Shown here piece by piece: positions 60,300 to 64,000 of a stretch of DNA of 64,000 nucleotides. The stretch comes from Patescibacteria group bacterium (GTDB taxonomy: Bacteria; Patescibacteriota; WWE3; UBA101185; UBA10185), in the NCBI GenBank assembly GCA_026004595.1, contig BPJL01000004.1:11919-75918 (forward strand). Reading direction: 5' to 3'. How positions within the stretch are numbered: the first letter of the stretch is position 1; each line of letters begins with the position of its first letter. The notes beneath the pieces are model-generated. The model was not told the origin of the DNA. It worked only from the letters and a program-made list of their open reading frames with translations, and ran no database searches. Both the position numbers and the translations under genes were made by a program.

Positions 60300-60885
60300 A
60301 AAATCAAGAACAACACTTAACATGAGTCTGATCCCTTTGGTGGTCATTGTATTGCTAATGCTGGGAGCAGGCTACTTTTTGCTTCAAGGAGAGATAAAAA
60401 TTCCGAGGCTTAAAAAAGATACCGAAATAAGAAGGCTGGACGGCTTTCCCACAACAATCACCACAGAGAGGCCGCTTGAAAAACAGCGCCGAGTTATTAA
60501 ATCAAAAGAGGAGCTGGCAGAATTTCTGAACTACATTGATCCGACAGGGTTGACTGAGGTAAGAGATCCCGTAAACTTTGACCGCGAATATTTGCTGGCA
60601 GTTTCAACGGACTTGCAGGATGAAACCGGCCACAAAATGAGGATAAAGAAAGTTTACGAAGACAAAAACAAAAGACATTTGCTTGTTTTAATAGAAGAGA
60701 CCAACAAAGGAAACAATTGCGAGGTAGAGGCCGAGAGCAACATTGCCGCCGATGTGGTAGCCATATCAAAAACGGACTATGAAATCAGCTTTGACCGTGT
60801 AACTAAAGTGGAAGATTGCGAAGAAAAGGAGAGTTCGGAAGGTGCGGCCGAGACCAAACAACAAACCACCACCGAAACTCAGTAA
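60292..60885 (+). CDS. Hypothetical membrane-anchored protein inserted between the two transketolase subunit genes
   Basis: N-terminal TM anchor (MSLIPLVVIVLLMLGAGYFLL), a ~150-aa charged domain and an E/T-rich tail; no recognisable family. Confidence 0.4.
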   Translation: MTKKSRTTLNMSLIPLVVIVLLMLGAGYFLLQGEIKIPRLKKDTEIRRLDGFPTTITTERPLEKQRRVIKSKEELAEFLNYIDPTGLTEVRDPVNFDREYLLAVSTDLQDETGHKMRIKKVYEDKNKRHLLVLIEETNKGNNCEVEAESNIAADVVAISKTDYEISFDRVTKVEDCEEKESSEGAAETKQQTTTETQ

Positions 60886-60900
60886 ATCACATTCTGCCCA

Positions 60901-61887
60901 ATGCTTAATAAAGCACTAAACTTAAATCAAGACTTGTTTCTTGAAGATACAGAATTAAAATCCGGGAGAGACGGTTTTGGGGACGCTATTTTGAAGCTGG
61001 GAGGCGCCCACCCCGAAATTGTTGTGCTATCAGCAGACTTGGAAGAATCTGTACGCGTCTCGGATTTCAAAAAAAATTTCCCAGATAGATTTGTGGAGGT
61101 AGGAATTGCCGAACAAAATATGGCAAGCATCGCCGCGGGGATGGCCTTGTCTGGAATGATTCCGTTCATTACTTCTCATGCAGTTTTTTCTCCTTATGGA
61201 AATTGGAGCCAAATACGACTCTCCGTTTGTTTTAGCAACGCAAACGTAAAGATCGTTGGATCTCATTCAGGATTTTCCAACGGCCCTGATGGGGGTTCGG
61301 CCGAATCATTGGAAGATGTTGCCCTAGCTAGAGTCCTACCCAATTTAGTAGTGTTAAGCCCCATTGACTATTGGCAAACCAGACGCGCAATCGAAGCTGC
61401 AGTAAAAATAAACGGCCCTGTATATATAAGGGTGTGCAAAGAACCTACCAAGCAGATAACTACTGAAAAAACTCCGTTCGAAATAGGAGCGGGATATGTT
61501 TTGGCCGAGGGCAACGACATGACCATTTTCACTACCGGCGTCATTGCCTATGAAGCATTAGAAGCAGCAAAAGTGCTCAAGGCCGCTCACAAAGTTGACG
61601 CAGAGGTTATCTCCTTACCGACAATAAAACCAATAGATAAAAAAATCATCGTAGATTCTGCAAAAAAGACAGGCAAATGTGTGAGCCTAGAAGAACACCA
61701 AATCAACGCGGGGTTTGGTTCAGCAATTTCAGAGATTCTAGCCGAAGAGTTTCCCGTCATCAACCGAAGAATTGGCGTAAATGACACTTTTGGTGAGTCT
61801 GGAAGCTACAAGGAATTAAAAGACAAATACCAAATTAGCGCCCATCACGTGATTAATACTATACTTAGGATGTTGAAAGAAAAATGA
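60901..61887 (+). CDS. tktB: Transketolase, C-terminal (pyrimidine-binding plus C-terminal domain) subunit
   Basis: VEVGIAEQNMASIAAGMALSGMIPF...H...G.DG.SH is the transketolase Pyr-domain signature. Confidence 0.85.
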   Translation: MLNKALNLNQDLFLEDTELKSGRDGFGDAILKLGGAHPEIVVLSADLEESVRVSDFKKNFPDRFVEVGIAEQNMASIAAGMALSGMIPFITSHAVFSPYGNWSQIRLSVCFSNANVKIVGSHSGFSNGPDGGSAESLEDVALARVLPNLVVLSPIDYWQTRRAIEAAVKINGPVYIRVCKEPTKQITTEKTPFEIGAGYVLAEGNDMTIFTTGVIAYEALEAAKVLKAAHKVDAEVISLPTIKPIDKKIIVDSAKKTGKCVSLEEHQINAGFGSAISEILAEEFPVINRRIGVNDTFGESGSYKELKDKYQISAHHVINTILRMLKEK

Positions 61888-61888
61888 T

Positions 61889-62836
61889 ATGGATCTGCTT
61901 ACCATAGGAGACATAGCCATAGATTTGTACATGAAAATAAGTGACCGAGATGCGCTGCCCGAAGAAAGTGGGGACGGCGAACCGAAGATTTGCTTTTTTC
62001 ACGGCTCAAAAATTCCAGTTGAGCACTTTCAAACAGCAGTCGCGGGAAACTCTTTTAATGTAGCTGTGGGATGCCAAAAGCTCGGATTGAAAACAGCCAT
62101 TTACGCAGAGATCGGTGACGATGAGAATGGAGAAAAAGTCGAGAAAGAGCTGGAAAAACTAGGCATCGAAACTGACCTGTGTATAAAAACCCGGGGCGAT
62201 AATACTAATGTCAACAGTGTGATAATTTACGGGGACGATAGAACAATTTTCAGCTACCATGCAAAAAGAAACTACAAAATCAGAAAATGGAAAAAGCCCA
62301 AATGGATTTATTACACCTCAATGGGAGATGGTTTTGAAGAATTTCAAAAAGAACTACTTCAGTATATTTCTAAAAACAACGATATGGGAGTCGCTTTCAA
62401 TCCCGGGACGATACAAATGAAACACGGACTTTCGTCCTTTAAAGATTTTCTTACGATAGTAGATATCCTTTTTTTGAATAAGGAGGAGGCCACCGCGCTT
62501 GTGGGTACAGCCGATCTAGCTGAATTGCATAATAAGTTGGGGGATCTGGGTCCAAAAATGACCGTAATTACAGATTCAAAGAATGGAGCAACATGTGATG
62601 ACGGAACCGGAATGAAATACCAACCATCCTATTCGGATGAAAGACCTGTTGTCGACAAGACAGGCGCCGGAGACGCCTTCGCCTCAGGTTTTATATCAGC
62701 AGTATTTTATGGAAAACCCGCGGAAGTTGCATTGAAGTGGGGAGTTGTAAATGCAGGAAGCATAATAAAAGAAATAGGAACCACAAAGGGTTTGCGTACA
62801 AAAAATGAGATTGAGGATGTTATTAAGAAAATATGA
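61889..62836 (+). CDS. PfkB-family carbohydrate/nucleoside kinase (ribokinase-like)
   Basis: C-terminal DKTGAGDAFASGFI (PfkB signature 2) and an N-terminal GG-type region. Confidence 0.75.
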   Translation: MDLLTIGDIAIDLYMKISDRDALPEESGDGEPKICFFHGSKIPVEHFQTAVAGNSFNVAVGCQKLGLKTAIYAEIGDDENGEKVEKELEKLGIETDLCIKTRGDNTNVNSVIIYGDDRTIFSYHAKRNYKIRKWKKPKWIYYTSMGDGFEEFQKELLQYISKNNDMGVAFNPGTIQMKHGLSSFKDFLTIVDILFLNKEEATALVGTADLAELHNKLGDLGPKMTVITDSKNGATCDDGTGMKYQPSYSDERPVVDKTGAGDAFASGFISAVFYGKPAEVALKWGVVNAGSIIKEIGTTKGLRTKNEIEDVIKKI

Positions 62837-63696
62837 AAGCAAGAGACCTGCTTAAAAAAGCAAAAGAAAAGGGAGTGGCGTTAGGTGCCTTTAATGTTGG
62901 AAACATTGAAACTTTTAAGGCTATTGTGCAAGCTGCAGAAAAACTTAGATCGCCGGTTTTGATAGAAGCATCTCCTGGAGAAGCGGCTTACATAGGATTT
63001 AGACAATTGGTCTGCCTAGCAAGAGCGTATGAGGACAAAATTCAGCTTCCGATAATTCTAAATTTTGATCATGGAGACTCGGTAGAAAACATAATCGAAG
63101 CTATACATGCCGGATTTGATTATGTTCATTACGACGGAAGTAAATTCTCATACGAAGAGAACATCGAAAACGCTTGCATTGTTGTCGAAGAGGCCCATAA
63201 AAAGGACGTTGTTGTAGAAGGTGAGATCGACCACATTGAAGGAAGTTCGGCAGATCACACTATGGAAAACACCCAGATGTATTCGAGGCCCGAGTTGTTT
63301 ACTGATCCAAGGAAAGCACAGGAGTTCGTAGCAAGAACCGGAGTGGATGTTTTCGCAAGTTTTATCGGAAACCTACACGGCGTATATGCCGATCAGATAC
63401 ACCTCAATCTAGATAAATTGAAAGCGATATCACTAGCAATACCCAACACATACCTATCCTTGCACGGCGGTTCGGGAGTTTACGATGAAGATATAAGAAA
63501 CGCGGTAAAGATGGGCATAGTTAAGATAAATGTTAACTCCGAGTTGAGAATTGCATTTAAAATGACCCTGCAGGAAGACATTAGTAAAACGACTGAGATT
63601 GCTCCGTACAAATACATGAAGCGGCCCATTGAAGAGGTACAAAAAGTTGTTGAAAGTAAAATGAAGTTATTCGGCTCTCCGGAGCTATTGAAATAA
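62833..63696 (+). CDS. fba: Class II fructose/tagatose-bisphosphate aldolase
   Basis: N-terminal LLKKAKEKGVALGAFNVGNIETFKAIVQAAEKLRSPVLIE, followed by Zn-ligand motifs FDHGD, GEI.HIEGS and LHGGSG. Confidence 0.85.
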   Translation: MKARDLLKKAKEKGVALGAFNVGNIETFKAIVQAAEKLRSPVLIEASPGEAAYIGFRQLVCLARAYEDKIQLPIILNFDHGDSVENIIEAIHAGFDYVHYDGSKFSYEENIENACIVVEEAHKKDVVVEGEIDHIEGSSADHTMENTQMYSRPELFTDPRKAQEFVARTGVDVFASFIGNLHGVYADQIHLNLDKLKAISLAIPNTYLSLHGGSGVYDEDIRNAVKMGIVKINVNSELRIAFKMTLQEDISKTTEIAPYKYMKRPIEEVQKVVESKMKLFGSPELLK

Positions 63697-63726
63697 TTTA
63701 TAAAGTGTTTTGATAAAATCTGGTTA

Positions 63727-64000
63727 TGAAAGCCATCAGAGAATTCATACTTAGAAACAAACAAATATTCATAACGGGGGTTGTCATCGGACTGATATTT
63801 CTATTGATTATAAGTGTCTCTTCCTCAAGAAAAGTTAGCGGACCCAAGCTGGCCCCATCGAAAACAACTTCCGAAAGTGGGGGCATAAACCAAAAAGGAC
63901 TAAATCCGGGGGCAGATTACCAGCCTAAAGGATTTTGGAATGCTCCCATTCCTCAAGAATATTATGAAAACACACAAGATGAGACTGGTGAAAAAAATGT
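63727..64000 (+). CDS. Hypothetical membrane-anchored protein, 5' part (runs off the window end)
   Basis: An ORF from ATG 63727 (MKAIREFILRNKQIFITGVVIGLIFLLIISVSS...) has a TM anchor and no stop within the window. Confidence 0.35.

Overview
The window is AT-rich, has weak Shine-Dalgarno usage and the gene content of a small-genome bacterium; the split/fused enzymes and heavily intron-laden rRNAs suggest a Candidate Phyla Radiation (Patescibacteria)-like organism, though that placement is inference only. Strand layout: 1-33.1 kb is almost entirely minus-strand, 33.1-43.4 kb is an rRNA locus on the minus strand, and 43.9-64 kb is mostly plus-strand.

Main contents by region:
- 0.0-6.2 kb: argS (partial), then a DNA-uptake/competence cluster comEA, a two-ORF comEC joined by an ATGA overlap, an ArsR-family regulator, a frameshifted comM/yifB, and dprA.
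- 6.3-25.0 kb: a cell-envelope region with an O-antigen-ligase-like/TPR membrane protein, tRNA-Ala(GGC), obg, a LysM-M23 peptidase, rho, a sortase with an adjacent LPNTG substrate, galE, two very large GT-C-like membrane proteins, and a secreted protein built from three tandem ~125-aa repeats.
- 25.1-25.7 kb: a small RHH protein next to a 75-aa two-helix membrane protein.
- 25.7-31.6 kb: the conserved clpC-radA-yacL gene order, then rpsA (30.4-31.6 kb).
- 33.1-43.4 kb: two 133-bp tandem repeats, 5S, a 23S (~5.1 kb) carrying at least four insertions at the classic group I intron sites near E. coli positions 1917, 1931 and 2593 (one encodes a single-motif LAGLIDADG endonuclease), tRNA-Ala(UGC), a yvcK-family CDS sitting between 23S and 16S, an opposite-strand tRNA-Ile(GAU), and a 16S (~2.5 kb) with a ~1 kb intron near position ~790 encoding a two-motif LAGLIDADG endonuclease.
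- 43.9-64 kb: an apparent fusion of a BpsA/DUF43-like aminopropyltransferase with a pyruvoyl AdoMetDC (SpeH-like) domain, a BNR-like/M23 peptidase, mnmA, a GT4 glycosyltransferase, fpg, a frameshifted recF, a degenerate-Fic+wHTH protein, an ATP-dependent DNA ligase, lgt, rpiB, rpe, a LOG-family protein, a split transketolase (N- and C-subunit genes) with an unrelated gene inserted between them, a PfkB kinase and a class II aldolase.

Four ORF disruptions (comM, rpsA, recF, and a hypothetical at 31.7 kb) coincide with homopolymer runs and are most likely assembly indel errors. No CRISPR array, integrase or transposase was seen.
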